Of a stretch of 64,000 nucleotides of DNA, positions 1 to 9,048 are shown piece by piece (the first letter of the stretch is position 1; every line of letters starts with the position of its first letter). The stretch is from a virus. Taxonomy: Duplodnaviria > Caudoviricetes. The notes beneath the pieces were generated by a model. It saw only the letters and a program-made list of their open reading frames with translations, had not been told where the DNA came from and ran no database searches. The stretch spans positions 522 through 64,521 of the IMG/VR virus record IMGVR_UViG_3300033068_001495. One strand, given 5' to 3'. The position numbers and the translations under genes are program-made.

Positions 1-1
1 A

Positions 2-277
2 TGGAAGGCGAACGAGGCGCCGGTCGAGCGCCTGTTCCGTCGCGACTGGCTCACGCAGGCCCGCGCCGCCCGGTCCATCCTCCCGCGCGACGGGTTCCCG
101 CGGCTGTGCGTGCGCTGCCACGAAGAAGAGCCCTGCATGGACGCCGCCGCCTACACAGCGCCCGGCCCCGAAGGCATGCCGTACCCGTCCGAGCTGGACG
201 ACCACTGCGTCGGCTGCCTGCCCGCCGGTCTGGACGACTACGTCTCTGGGTTCGACGGGAACGGCGACCGTGCCTGA
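2..277 (+). CDS. hypothetical protein, 5' truncated (Cys/His-containing)
   Basis: Frame 2 is open from the window edge (WKANEAPVERLF...CVRCHEEEPC...GNGDRA*); its stop overlaps the next GTG; not in the supplied ORF track. Confidence 0.6.
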   Translation, partial: WKANEAPVERLFRRDWLTQARAARSILPRDGFPRLCVRCHEEEPCMDAAAYTAPGPEGMPYPSELDDHCVGCLPAGLDDYVSGFDGNGDRA

Positions 278-461
278 CCGCCCCGAGCACGTGCGGATCG
301 ACGGGCGCGCCGTGTGGATGCGCGGCGACGTGCGCTGCGCCAACGCCCACGACACCACCCCCGAGCACCTCCAGAGCCGCGACGGCTACGACGCCGAGTG
401 CAACTACTGCTGGCTGAACATCGGCCACAGCCAGGCGCTCCACACGAAAGGCCGCCCATGA
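270..461 (+). CDS. hypothetical protein (63 aa)
   Basis: Overlaps both neighbours in the coupled-gene chain; CANAH and CNYC motifs. Confidence 0.6.
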   Translation: MPDRPEHVRIDGRAVWMRGDVRCANAHDTTPEHLQSRDGYDAECNYCWLNIGHSQALHTKGRP

Positions 462-1111
462 GCCCCCGAACCGAGGTCCAGATCGTGGCCGACACGATCC
501 TCACGCTGCGCCAAGCGAACGTCCTCGCCCGTCACCAGATGCCCGCCGCCGCCCGCGCTGTCGGCATCCAGAACGCCGACCTGCTTCAGGCGCTCGAACG
601 GTACCAACTGCGCGGCGACCGGCCCGTCCGTCCGACTGGCACGCCGCCGCCGGGAGCGCCCGCCGCGACACCAGTCAGCGCCCCGGCCGCAGCGCCCACC
701 CCGGCGCCGCCCACGCCGCCCACCCCCCGCCGCGGCGCGGCACCCACGCCGCCACGACCCATCCCGAAGCCGATGCAGCGCCGGGCCCGCCGCGAGATCG
801 ACGGGGTGTCGCACCTGCACTGCCCGGGCTGTGACGACTGGATCCCGGAGGCCGAGTTCATCGACCGGTCGGACAAGCCCGGCGTGAAGGTGTCGCGCTG
901 CTCGCCGTGCCGCGCCGAGTACCACCGCGAGCGCCGCGTCACGACCCGGGTGCTCGACGCCATGTCACAGGTCGGCGTCGCGTTCACGCTCGACGAGGAG
1001 TCGAACATCGTGGGTGTGGAGTGCGCGAAGTGCGGCCGAGGGTTCGCCCCGGGCGACATCGTCCACGGCGTCACCGAGCTGGCTCACCAGGGAGCGTGTC
1101 CCGGTGCCTGA
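458..1111 (+). CDS. hypothetical protein with Pro-rich linker and Cys motifs (putative Zn-finger DNA-binding protein)
   Basis: ATGA overlap at 458; HCPGC, CSPC and CAKC motifs. Confidence 0.6.
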   Translation: MSPRTEVQIVADTILTLRQANVLARHQMPAAARAVGIQNADLLQALERYQLRGDRPVRPTGTPPPGAPAATPVSAPAAAPTPAPPTPPTPRRGAAPTPPRPIPKPMQRRARREIDGVSHLHCPGCDDWIPEAEFIDRSDKPGVKVSRCSPCRAEYHRERRVTTRVLDAMSQVGVAFTLDEESNIVGVECAKCGRGFAPGDIVHGVTELAHQGACPGA

Positions 1112-1469
1112 ACGTGTGCAGCTGAGCCGAACCAAGGGGTGGCGCATGCCGCCCAACACCGTGAAGGTCGACCGGTCGACCGACCACGGCAACCCGTACC
1201 GCGTGCGCCGCAACGGGCATGGCCAGTACGAGGTCGTCGCCCCCGGTGACCGGGTCCGCCTGACGTGCACCACCAAGCGGGAAGCGGTCGGAGCAGCAGT
1301 CGACATGTTCCGTGACTGGATCACCGGTGGGTCGTATCCCGCCCAACGCCGGGCGATGCTCGCCATCGACCGGCTCCGCGGCCGCAACCTCGCATGCTGG
1401 TGCTCGCTCGACTCCCCGTGCCACGCCGAAGTCCTCCTCCAGATCGCCAACGAAGGGACCACTCCATGA
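1104..1469 (+). CDS. DUF4326-family protein
   Basis: VQLSRTKGWRMPPNTVKVDRST..GNPY and LRGRNLACWC..DSPCHAEVLL..AN match the family pattern as recalled. Confidence 0.8.
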   Translation: MPERVQLSRTKGWRMPPNTVKVDRSTDHGNPYRVRRNGHGQYEVVAPGDRVRLTCTTKREAVGAAVDMFRDWITGGSYPAQRRAMLAIDRLRGRNLACWCSLDSPCHAEVLLQIANEGTTP

Positions 1470-1909
1470 CCACCACCGACGACGCCGTGACCGACGGCCA
1501 CGACGACCCCGAGACGATCCGCCGTGAGGAGCGCGACCGGCGGGCCGTGTCGAAGGAGCAGCTGCGCAAGCTCGACCGGCTGATGCGCATCGGGTCAGCC
1601 AGGCTCACGGAGAGCGTGTCGGCCGAGCGCGGCAACACCGGCGACTCCCCTGGCGACTACCGGATCGCGTTCAGCCTGTCGCAGAAGGTTCCGTTCACGT
1701 GCCCGTACTCCGGTGCGTGGAACACGCCAGACCAGGGACCCCGACCGCCGGAGCGCATGGAAGCCGAGGCTGTGTGCATCAGCTCGAAGGGTGTCCACTT
1801 GCTGGCGCGCCCGGCCGCGTTGGTCGGCCAGGAACGGTCCGAGGAGCGCCGCCGTGAGTCGCGGTGGGTGTCCATCGACGCCGTCAATCACGTGGAGCAG
1901 GCGCTGTGA
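1466..1909 (+). CDS. hypothetical protein
   Basis: ATGA coupling at both ends; host-like codon use. Confidence 0.6.
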   Translation: MTTTDDAVTDGHDDPETIRREERDRRAVSKEQLRKLDRLMRIGSARLTESVSAERGNTGDSPGDYRIAFSLSQKVPFTCPYSGAWNTPDQGPRPPERMEAEAVCISSKGVHLLARPAALVGQERSEERRRESRWVSIDAVNHVEQAL

Positions 1910-2478
1910 CCGGCACCGTGGCGTTCATCGACACCGAGACCACAGGGCTCGACCCACGGCTCCACTGGGCATGGGAGATCGCTGTGATCCTCCCAGACGG
2001 CGACCACGAAGGCGAGCACGTCTGGCGGGTCCTCATGTACCCCGACCAGATGGCCGACGCCGACCCAGCCGCGCTGGACAACGGCGGCTTCCACACCCGC
2101 TACGACGAGGCCGACGCCGAGACCCCACTCCGCTCGGCCGAGATGCTGCGCGACCTGATCGACGGCCGCCACCTCATCGGCGCCAACCCCGGGTTCGACG
2201 TGTCCATGCTCGGCCGCCTGTTCAACGGGCCTGACGATGTCCCGTGGCACTACCACTATCTCGACGTCTCTGCCCTCGCGATCGGCTACCTCTACGGACT
2301 GGCCGACGAGTTCCTGCCCCACGAGGCTGAGGCCGAGCTGAGGGCGATGCCGCCGTACTCGTCGTCCCGTCTCGGCGAGCAGCTCGGCGTCGAACCCGCC
2401 ACCGAAGCCGAGCGCCACACCGCCCTCGGTGACGCCCGGTGGGCGCGCCGCATGTACGAGAGGATCACCCACGCATGA
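1906..2478 (+). CDS. DEDDh 3'-5' exonuclease (DnaQ-like)
   Basis: FIDTETTGLD (ExoI), GANPGFD (ExoII), HTALGDA (ExoIII). Confidence 0.9.
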   Translation: MTGTVAFIDTETTGLDPRLHWAWEIAVILPDGDHEGEHVWRVLMYPDQMADADPAALDNGGFHTRYDEADAETPLRSAEMLRDLIDGRHLIGANPGFDVSMLGRLFNGPDDVPWHYHYLDVSALAIGYLYGLADEFLPHEAEAELRAMPPYSSSRLGEQLGVEPATEAERHTALGDARWARRMYERITHA

Positions 2479-2924
2479 GCAACCACAGCATCAGCAACTA
2501 CATCGACCCCGCCAACTGGCGCCGCACCGGCAAGGTGCACATCCGTGTCGGCCACCTGCTGCAGCTGCTCGACTTCCCCGACGGCACCGACGTCCGGGTC
2601 GTCATGCCGTCGTACGACCCTGTCGGCCTGGACATCCTCGTCGAGCACGAGGATCTCCACGTCGTCCAGCCAGACAGCGAGTCCCCGTACGTCGGGCTCG
2701 TCAAGGAGTACGCAGCCGGGCAGCTCGTCGCGAGCCGGTGGCAGCCGGACGGCCACGGCTACACCACCATCACCGACGAGCCCCTCACCACCACCCGGCT
2801 CGCCGACCTGGAACGCACCTTCCGCAGCCTGACCGACGCGATCCGGTCGGCCCTCGAAGACCTGCCCGAGAAGCCCCACGACGCCGAAGCGACCCTCAGG
2901 CGGGCGCTCGGAGAGGAGAACTGA
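2475..2924 (+). CDS. hypothetical protein
   Basis: ATGA-coupled ORF, 149 aa. Confidence 0.6.
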   Translation: MSNHSISNYIDPANWRRTGKVHIRVGHLLQLLDFPDGTDVRVVMPSYDPVGLDILVEHEDLHVVQPDSESPYVGLVKEYAAGQLVASRWQPDGHGYTTITDEPLTTTRLADLERTFRSLTDAIRSALEDLPEKPHDAEATLRRALGEEN

Positions 2925-3973
2925 TGGGTGACAACACAGCGATCGAGTGGACAGACGCCACCTGGAACCCGATCATCGGGTGCTCGAAGGTCGGCCCCGG
3001 ATGCGACAACTGCTACGCCATCGACGTCGTGCACCGAGCCATGAGCCCTCAGCACGAGGGCATGACGATCCGCACACCGTCCGGGACCGACTGGACCGGT
3101 GAGGTGCGCGAGGTGCCGCATCTCCTCGATCAGCCCCTTCGCTGGCGCCGACCACGCCGTATCTTCGTCAACAGCCTGTCGGACCTGTTCCACCCGACCG
3201 TCTCCGAGGACTACATCGCCGAGGTGTTCGCCGTCATGGCGCTCGCCCGGCACCACACCTTCCAGGTGCTCACGAAGCGACCGCAGAGGATGGCCGAGCT
3301 TCTGAGCCGTGAGACGACCGGCACCTCGTTCTCAGACCGCCGCTGGGGATTCCACGATCTCGTCCTCGACCGCATCGGGAACCGCGGCCACTCCAACTAC
3401 GGCGAGTTCGGCGATGACCTCTGGCCGCTCCCGAACGTGTGGCTGGGCACGTCGATCGAGACAGACCGCTACTCGTTCCGTGCCGATCACCTCCGCCACA
3501 CCCCGGCCGCGGTCCGGTGGATCTCCGCCGAGCCCCTGCTGGGCCCGCTCGACAACCTGAACCTGATCGACATCGACTGGCTCGTCGTCGGCGGTGAGTC
3601 CGGGCCGGGCGCCCGTCCGATGCACCCCGACTGGGCCCGCGACCTGCGCGACCGCTGCACCGCCTACCTGTGCCCACGGTGCAAGGGCTCCTTCTCGATC
3701 CCGCTCGGCCACTCGTGCGCCGACCACCACCCGACGCGCGGGCCCGCGTTCCTGTTCAAGCAGTGGGGCAACTGGGTGTCGCAGTCGTCCCACGCGGTGA
3801 CGAACGAGATGTGCCGCACCGCCCAGCGCCACCCCGAGACGTCGTACACGATCCGCCACGACGGCACCTTGGAGAACCCCGGGGTGCTGGGCCATCACGC
3901 CATCTACCGCATGCCGAAGAAGGCCGCTGGGCGCGAGCTGGACGGCCGCACATGGGACGAGTACCCCTCATGA
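2924..3973 (+). CDS. DUF5131 / phage Gp37-Gp68 family radical-SAM-like protein
   Basis: IEWTDATWNPIIGCSKVGPGCDNCYA (CxxxxxxCxxC), IFVNSLSDLFH, HTFQVLTKRP, WISAEPLLG, WLVVGGESG, FLFKQWG, GRELDGRTWDEYP. Confidence 0.9.
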   Translation: MGDNTAIEWTDATWNPIIGCSKVGPGCDNCYAIDVVHRAMSPQHEGMTIRTPSGTDWTGEVREVPHLLDQPLRWRRPRRIFVNSLSDLFHPTVSEDYIAEVFAVMALARHHTFQVLTKRPQRMAELLSRETTGTSFSDRRWGFHDLVLDRIGNRGHSNYGEFGDDLWPLPNVWLGTSIETDRYSFRADHLRHTPAAVRWISAEPLLGPLDNLNLIDIDWLVVGGESGPGARPMHPDWARDLRDRCTAYLCPRCKGSFSIPLGHSCADHHPTRGPAFLFKQWGNWVSQSSHAVTNEMCRTAQRHPETSYTIRHDGTLENPGVLGHHAIYRMPKKAAGRELDGRTWDEYPS

Positions 3974-4194
3974 TGATCACGACGAAGTCCGGGTCCGAGT
4001 ACCACTACGACCCCGACGAACGCGTCGTCACGTGGACCGCCGCCGACGGCACCACCCGCGAGTACACGTGCATCACGCACACCGTCATCATCGTCGGCTA
4101 CCGGTTCGTCTACTCCGGGATCCGCGACATCGACGGCGCCCCCAACACCCGCATCACGACCCCGGTCGTGTCGATCGAGGACGACCCCACATGA
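3970..4194 (+). CDS. hypothetical protein
   Basis: ATGA-coupled, 74 aa. Confidence 0.6.
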   Translation: MMITTKSGSEYHYDPDERVVTWTAADGTTREYTCITHTVIIVGYRFVYSGIRDIDGAPNTRITTPVVSIEDDPT

Positions 4195-4277
4195 GCGCCA
4201 CGTACAACGCCGGAGGGCTGATCGTCGTCGCTGCCGTCGGCGTGATCCTGGCCGTCGCCCGCTGGAGGCACCGATGA
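4191..4277 (+). CDS. small membrane peptide (28 aa)
   Basis: MSATYNAGGLIVVAAVGVILAVARWRHR; ATGA overlaps at both ends; one hydrophobic helix. Confidence 0.5.
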   Translation: MSATYNAGGLIVVAAVGVILAVARWRHR

Positions 4278-5014
4278 AGCTCCACGTCCTGTCCCTCGAC
4301 GAACCCTACGCCACGCTGATCACCATCGGTAAGAAGCGATACGAGACACGCTCAGGGCCGCCCACCGGCGACATGCGCCCCGACGGCGTGAAGCCCGGGC
4401 TCGGTGGCCACAGCATCAACCGCGGCGACCGCATCGGCATCGCCAGCACCCGCCGCAAGCCGACCCCGACCGGCATGTGGGATCCGAGCGTCGCGGGGGG
4501 CATGATCGGCCGGTCCCGTCTGACCTACCACGACCGGGTCGAGGAGGAGTTCACGTGGAAGGCGCACGGCAGCGATGAGCTGAGGACCCTGACGCTCGGC
4601 GCGCTGCTGTGCACCGCCACGGTGGTCGACTGCCTGCCGATGGTCGAGCCCCTGGACGAGGCCCTGCCATGCGTCGAGATCAACGACGCCGGGCTGCACC
4701 GCTGGCACCCCGCGGACCCGGCACCCTCCGGTGAAGCCGACTACGTGGACATCAGCGACCAGCTGCCGTTCGGCTTCTGGGAGCCGGGCCGGTGGGCGAT
4801 CGAGCTGGCCGAAGTCGAACCCACGACCAAGATGTGCCCGTGGTGCCGTGGCTACCGCGGTGACCCCGATGTCGAGGGCGACCGCTACTTCGGTGTCGTG
4901 GAGCCCGGGAGCATCCCGCCGTGCCCGGTGTGCAACGGCGACGGGGCGTGCCCACCCGTGCCCGTCACTGGCCGCCAGGGTGTGTGGGCGTGGGACGGGA
5001 CGGTCCGCACGTGA
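4274..5014 (+). CDS. ASCH/PUA-like domain protein
   Basis: LSLDEPYATLITIGKKRYETRS, RIGIAS, LGALLCTATVVDC, GRWAIELAEVEP, PVTGRQGVW. Confidence 0.8.
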   Translation: MKLHVLSLDEPYATLITIGKKRYETRSGPPTGDMRPDGVKPGLGGHSINRGDRIGIASTRRKPTPTGMWDPSVAGGMIGRSRLTYHDRVEEEFTWKAHGSDELRTLTLGALLCTATVVDCLPMVEPLDEALPCVEINDAGLHRWHPADPAPSGEADYVDISDQLPFGFWEPGRWAIELAEVEPTTKMCPWCRGYRGDPDVEGDRYFGVVEPGSIPPCPVCNGDGACPPVPVTGRQGVWAWDGTVRT

Positions 5015-5074
5015 GACGCTTCCTGCTCTGGATCGTCGACCACTTCCCGTGGCGATGAGCACTCGCGGTACACC

Positions 5075-5104
5075 TGTGGACGAACCTGTGGACACTGTGG
5101 ACAA
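5075..5104. promoter_or_regulatory. cluster of three DnaA-box-like direct repeats
   Basis: TGTGGACGA 5075-5083, TGTGGACAC 5087-5095, TGTGGACAA 5096-5104; the last reverse-complements to TTGTCCACA, the actinobacterial DnaA box consensus. Confidence 0.5.
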
Positions 5105-5134
5105 CCCGTACCGCGCCCCCGGAGGTGCCACCCC

Positions 5135-5428
5135 ATGATCACCGTCGACGCAGAGTGGGTCGACCAACTCCCGCTCGGTGGCCGCATGGCCATCACCTAC
5201 TGGCTCCACGGCGTACCGCGCCGCGAGGGCTACCGGCACAATCCACAGGACATCCCCGAGGTCATGGCCGTCAGGTTCGACCCGCACGACCCCGACCACG
5301 GCGAACTGCTCCTCGCCCCTGATGACCCCGACGTCGAGCACCTCGACTGGGTACCGACCCGCTGGGAACGCCCGTTCCCCACCGCGTTCCTCACGACCGA
5401 CCAGCTCAGCGAAAGCGAGACACCATGA
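5135..5428 (+). CDS. hypothetical protein
   Basis: GGAGG upstream; ATGA coupling. Confidence 0.6.
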   Translation: MITVDAEWVDQLPLGGRMAITYWLHGVPRREGYRHNPQDIPEVMAVRFDPHDPDHGELLLAPDDPDVEHLDWVPTRWERPFPTAFLTTDQLSESETP

Positions 5429-5799
5429 CCACCTCCTACGACGAACCAGCGGACCCGCTCGAACGCCCCTCGAACGTGCCCGAAGGGTCGGTTCCGGTCG
5501 TGTGCTGGCTCACTCCGCGCAGCTCCGGCGACGACTTCCAGCGGATCGTCGGTCCGTCGGGCAACCTGATGACGACCCGCCACATCGACTTCGACAACGA
5601 GTGGGGCCTGCCCGAAGCACCACCAGTCCGGTACCCGGTGAAGATCCTGGCGTCCGCCCAAGAGGTGAACGACTGGTACAACGAACTCACCGCGCTCGAT
5701 ACACCGTGGTCGCGCCGCCTTGTCCCGGCCCTCATGCAGACCTGGCGGAACGTCCAAGAGAGCCTGCCGCCCGAGGCCGAAGACGGCGAAACGAAGTGA
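5425..5799 (+). CDS. hypothetical protein
   Basis: ATGA-coupled, 124 aa. Confidence 0.6.
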   Translation: MTTSYDEPADPLERPSNVPEGSVPVVCWLTPRSSGDDFQRIVGPSGNLMTTRHIDFDNEWGLPEAPPVRYPVKILASAQEVNDWYNELTALDTPWSRRLVPALMQTWRNVQESLPPEAEDGETK

Positions 5800-6017
5800 G
5801 CGGCGTCGCAGCGGTGAACCAACTCGCCCACCTGTTCGACGTCGCGATGACCCGACTCGAACAGGTCGACGCGTTGCACCAGCCGGTCCCCGCTCTCGGC
5901 GGTCGTGTCCAAGCGTGCTCAGCCGGATGCGGACAGTGGCCATGCGTGACCCGCCGGGTGCTCCACCCCGAGCTGAAGTACGCCGACGCAGGCATCACGC
6001 CGCCACCCGGCACGTGA
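5796..6017 (+). CDS. hypothetical protein (CxxGCxxWPC motif)
   Basis: GTGA-coupled; H..CSAGCGQWPC pattern. Confidence 0.55.
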   Translation: MSGVAAVNQLAHLFDVAMTRLEQVDALHQPVPALGGRVQACSAGCGQWPCVTRRVLHPELKYADAGITPPPGT

Positions 6018-6343
6018 GTGAGTCGACGGCCGAGGACTACCACGGCTGCTACTGGGCGAGAGGCCGCCAGAACAAGCGGTTCGTCCTCACGCACCTCTGC
6101 TCAGACCCGACCTGCCTGTGGCAGGTCGAGATCACCCGGGACGTGCTCGGCCAGTGGTACGCCCGACACGAGCACTCCGACTTCCGGCTCCCCACCCGCA
6201 CAGGCCCGTCCACCCGGACCAGTCCCCGCTACCCCGAGTGGCAGCAAGCAGCCGAATGGGCCCTCACCCACGGACTCCTCGCCCCCGACCAACCCGCCTG
6301 GCCGATCGACCCCACACCCCGCCAACCTGGAGCACGACCATGA
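6014..6343 (+). CDS. hypothetical protein
   Basis: GTGA-coupled, Trp-rich. Confidence 0.55.
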   Translation: MSESTAEDYHGCYWARGRQNKRFVLTHLCSDPTCLWQVEITRDVLGQWYARHEHSDFRLPTRTGPSTRTSPRYPEWQQAAEWALTHGLLAPDQPAWPIDPTPRQPGARP

Positions 6344-6672
6344 ACACCACCTGGATCCCGTACGACTACGACCACCCCGAAGCCAACCCGCGCCCACCAC
6401 TCGACCACTGGGTCTGGGTCTACTCCGACGACAAGTACGGCGTCACCATGGCGGCCCGACCCGGGTACGTCCACTGGATCCACGTCACCGGAGACGACGA
6501 CCTCCACGTCACCCACTGGGCCCCCGTCGACCCTCCCGAACCACCACCCTCCGAGTACACGCCATTCCAACCAACCCCGTTCACCACCACACCCCTCCCC
6601 CCAGGCTGCACCGGCGAATGCGACATCATGAACCACCCCGACGAAGGATGCACCTGCCCACACCCCGACTGA
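6340..6672 (+). CDS. hypothetical protein (W..........P...HWVWV...VTHWAP pattern, Cys/His tail)
   Basis: GGAG RBS and ATGA coupling; extremely C-rich DNA. Confidence 0.55.
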   Translation: MNTTWIPYDYDHPEANPRPPLDHWVWVYSDDKYGVTMAARPGYVHWIHVTGDDDLHVTHWAPVDPPEPPPSEYTPFQPTPFTTTPLPPGCTGECDIMNHPDEGCTCPHPD

Positions 6673-6710
6673 CCACCCCGCAACACGACGCAGCACCCCG
6701 AAGGCCACGC

Positions 6711-6723
6711 AACGTCCTACGAT
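6711..6723 (+). promoter_or_regulatory. 13-bp operator copy overlapping a -10 box (TACGAT) of a leaderless promoter
   Basis: AACGTCCTACGAT; ATG at 6731 lies 7 nt after TACGAT. Confidence 0.6.
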
Positions 6724-6730
6724 GCCGGAC

Positions 6731-7477
6731 ATGGCACCACGCACGAAGACCCCGCCCGCCCACCTGACGAACATGGCGAGGGGCCGAGTCGCTCCTCTGG
6801 CTGATCTGACGTTGCTGGAGGGCAACCCGAACCAGGGTGATGTCCATGCGGTGGCCCGGTCGTTGCGCAGGTTCGGGCAGAAGACGCCGATCGTGTTGAC
6901 GCCGGATGGTGTGGTCGTGAAGGGGAACACGACGACCGCGGCGGCGCGGCTGCTGCTGGCGGGTGGGCTCGATGGTGATGAGCCTCGCCCGGAGTGGGCC
7001 GATGTGTGGGTGGTCGACGACCCGGAGGAGGCGGCGGCGGAGCAGATCGCGTACGCGCTGGCCGACAACCGGACGGGCAGGCTGGGCGAGGACGACCCGG
7101 AGCTGTTGCTGCAGATGCTCGGTCGGGTCGATGACCTGGACGGGCTCGGCTACGACGATGACGACCTGGCCGACCTGCGTGCGCTCGGTGAGGAGAAGCT
7201 GGGCCAGTACGGCGACAACGGGTCGGTCGACGACGCGAAGTCGTTCGACGACCAGCTCGACGACTACGGCGCGAAGGCGGTCCGGTCGCTCGTGTTCGAC
7301 CTGCAGATCCCCGTGTTCGCGTGGTTCGTGGAGCAGGCACCGAAGGCCCGGACCGACCTGCAGGTCCACACGAACGCCGACCTGCTCATCGCCTTGCTGG
7401 CCGAGCACCTCGGGGTCGACCGCCCCGCGGTGGAGCCCGCGGTGGAGCCCGTCGCCGAGCAGGACACGCCGGAGTGA
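6731..7477 (+). CDS. ParB/Sulfiredoxin-like N-terminal domain protein (modification-locus associated)
   Basis: PLADLTLLEGNPNQGDVHAVARSLRRFGQKTPIV...VVKGN...ALADNRTGRL; directly upstream of the TET/JBP gene. Confidence 0.8.
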   Translation: MAPRTKTPPAHLTNMARGRVAPLADLTLLEGNPNQGDVHAVARSLRRFGQKTPIVLTPDGVVVKGNTTTAAARLLLAGGLDGDEPRPEWADVWVVDDPEEAAAEQIAYALADNRTGRLGEDDPELLLQMLGRVDDLDGLGYDDDDLADLRALGEEKLGQYGDNGSVDDAKSFDDQLDDYGAKAVRSLVFDLQIPVFAWFVEQAPKARTDLQVHTNADLLIALLAEHLGVDRPAVEPAVEPVAEQDTPE

Positions 7478-8346
7478 ACGTCCTCCACGCCGAGCGGGTG
7501 ATGTCGGAGGACGACGCGCTGGCCCTGTGGCGGTCCGACACGACAGCGATCGGGCACTCGGCCAACGTGCGGCTCCGCCCTGAGGACGGCGACGCGGTCA
7601 CCGTGATGGTCGACGGCGTGCCCGAGGTCGTGATCTGCCGGTTCCCGCTGGCCGAGCTGGCCCCGCTACGCCGCGCGCTGGTCGGGCTGCCGACGTCCGA
7701 GGTGCGCCGCACCGCCGGGATCCGCACCGACTCCACCGGGTTCGGGTACGTCGCCCGGCTCGGCGCCTTCCAGCGGAACACCTGCCGTGTCGCCGCGCTG
7801 TCGCAGACGCACGGACCCCAGCACGCCACCATCTGCGCCGCCGCCGCGACCCTGGCCGAGCTGCTGGAGCACCACCACCCCGCCCAGTACCGGGCCAACC
7901 TCGCGGCCGTCGCGTCGGTCGGGCCCGACTGGCTGCTCCCCGGGCTGCTGTGGACGTCCGGTGTGATCAACCGGACCACGCAGTTCCCCTACCACCGGGA
8001 CCGCAACAACTTCGACGCGTGGTCGGCCATGCCGGTGGTGCGCCGCCACGTGCGCGGCGGCCATCTCCATTTCCCCGAGCTGGCCGTCGACGGGCAGCCC
8101 CTTGTGGCCGCGTGCGGTGACGGTGACGTGCTGCTCTTCAACGGGCAACGCTGGATGCATGGCGTGACCCCCATGAAGAAGCTGAGCAAGGACGCGTACC
8201 GCATCAGCGCGGTGTACTACCCGGTCCGGAACATGGCCCAGTGCCTGCCGCCAGACGAGGAACTCGCGCAGGCGGGCATCCGGCGCACCGAGACGGAAGC
8301 CACTCTGCTCGACCGCCAGCGCGCCGCCGGGCTGTTGAACTATTGA
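7474..8346 (+). CDS. TET/JBP-family 2OG-Fe(II) dioxygenase (DNA base hydroxylase)
   Basis: WTSGVIN..QFPYHRDRNNF (HxD), GGHLHFPEL, GDVLLFNG..WMHGVTP (distal His), RISAVYY (2OG-binding Arg). Confidence 0.88.
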   Translation: MNVLHAERVMSEDDALALWRSDTTAIGHSANVRLRPEDGDAVTVMVDGVPEVVICRFPLAELAPLRRALVGLPTSEVRRTAGIRTDSTGFGYVARLGAFQRNTCRVAALSQTHGPQHATICAAAATLAELLEHHHPAQYRANLAAVASVGPDWLLPGLLWTSGVINRTTQFPYHRDRNNFDAWSAMPVVRRHVRGGHLHFPELAVDGQPLVAACGDGDVLLFNGQRWMHGVTPMKKLSKDAYRISAVYYPVRNMAQCLPPDEELAQAGIRRTETEATLLDRQRAAGLLNY

Positions 8347-8372
8347 CACAGGGGTGATGGTGGACGCATGCT
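8338..8372 (+). promoter_or_regulatory. housekeeping-sigma-type promoter, class AACTATTGACA
   Basis: AACTATTGACA 8338-8348, CATGCT 18 nt downstream, GTACCTGGCA box and GAGGAG RBS before ATG 8411. Confidence 0.7.
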
Positions 8373-8410
8373 GGCTGGGTACCTGGCACCCCAGCACGAG
8401 GAGCACCACC

Positions 8411-8512
8411 ATGGCCACCGAATCCCCCTTCGTCGGAGCACCCGACCGCTGCCCCGCCGCCGAGCGGGCCGCCCGCCGGGAGCGTGAGGCCTCAACGCAG
8501 GCGCAGTCGTGA
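8411..8512 (+). CDS. small hypothetical protein (33 aa)
   Basis: GAGGAG RBS; stop overlaps the next GTG; not in the ORF track. Confidence 0.5.
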   Translation: MATESPFVGAPDRCPAAERAARREREASTQAQS

Positions 8513-8748
8513 CCACTCAGGTGTTCGCCCGCCGCCCCGTCCCGACGCCGCACAGGGCCGACCCGGGCGCCCGGTTCAGCCTCATCCCGTTCGACGGGTT
8601 CGACTTCCGGCGCGCTGACGCCTTGTGCTCGTACTGCGCCCAGCCCATCGGGATGCGCACCGACCTCACGATGACGGCGAGCCACCGGCCGTCGCACACC
8701 GAGTGCGTCGAGATGTTCGCCCCCGACGAGATCGACCTCCCCCGATGA
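8509..8748 (+). CDS. small Zn-finger-like protein
   Basis: CSYCAQPI...HTEC. Confidence 0.55.
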   Translation: MTTQVFARRPVPTPHRADPGARFSLIPFDGFDFRRADALCSYCAQPIGMRTDLTMTASHRPSHTECVEMFAPDEIDLPR

Positions 8749-9035
8749 GCGCCATCACTGTGGAGTGCGACGGCGCGTCGTACACGGCAACCTTCGAGGC
8801 GCTCGTCCGCCACCTGCTGGGCGACCTGACCGGCGACAAGGTGCCCACCCTCATGATCGCATCCGTGACGGCCGACGCCGTCGGCGCGGATACGCCACCG
8901 CGCTTCAGGCCGGTCTACCTGACCGGCGTCACCTCCACGCACGCGTTGTTCGCCATGGAGGGCTCCGAGCCACAGATGGGCGAGCACGACTGGCAAGTGC
9001 TGTTCGAAGACCTCGTCAGGATCGAGGTGCTCTGA
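8745..9035 (+). CDS. hypothetical protein
   Basis: ATGA-coupled, 96 aa. Confidence 0.55.
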   Translation: MSAITVECDGASYTATFEALVRHLLGDLTGDKVPTLMIASVTADAVGADTPPRFRPVYLTGVTSTHALFAMEGSEPQMGEHDWQVLFEDLVRIEVL

Positions 9036-9048
9036 TGGACAGGCTCAA

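Noticed and set aside
5011-5138. Two micro-ORFs (VRRFLLWIVDHFPWR and MSTRGTPVDEPVDTVDNPYRAPGGATP)
   Set aside because: They are coupled like real genes but are too short to support; the second overlaps the DnaA-box cluster, so it is left uncalled
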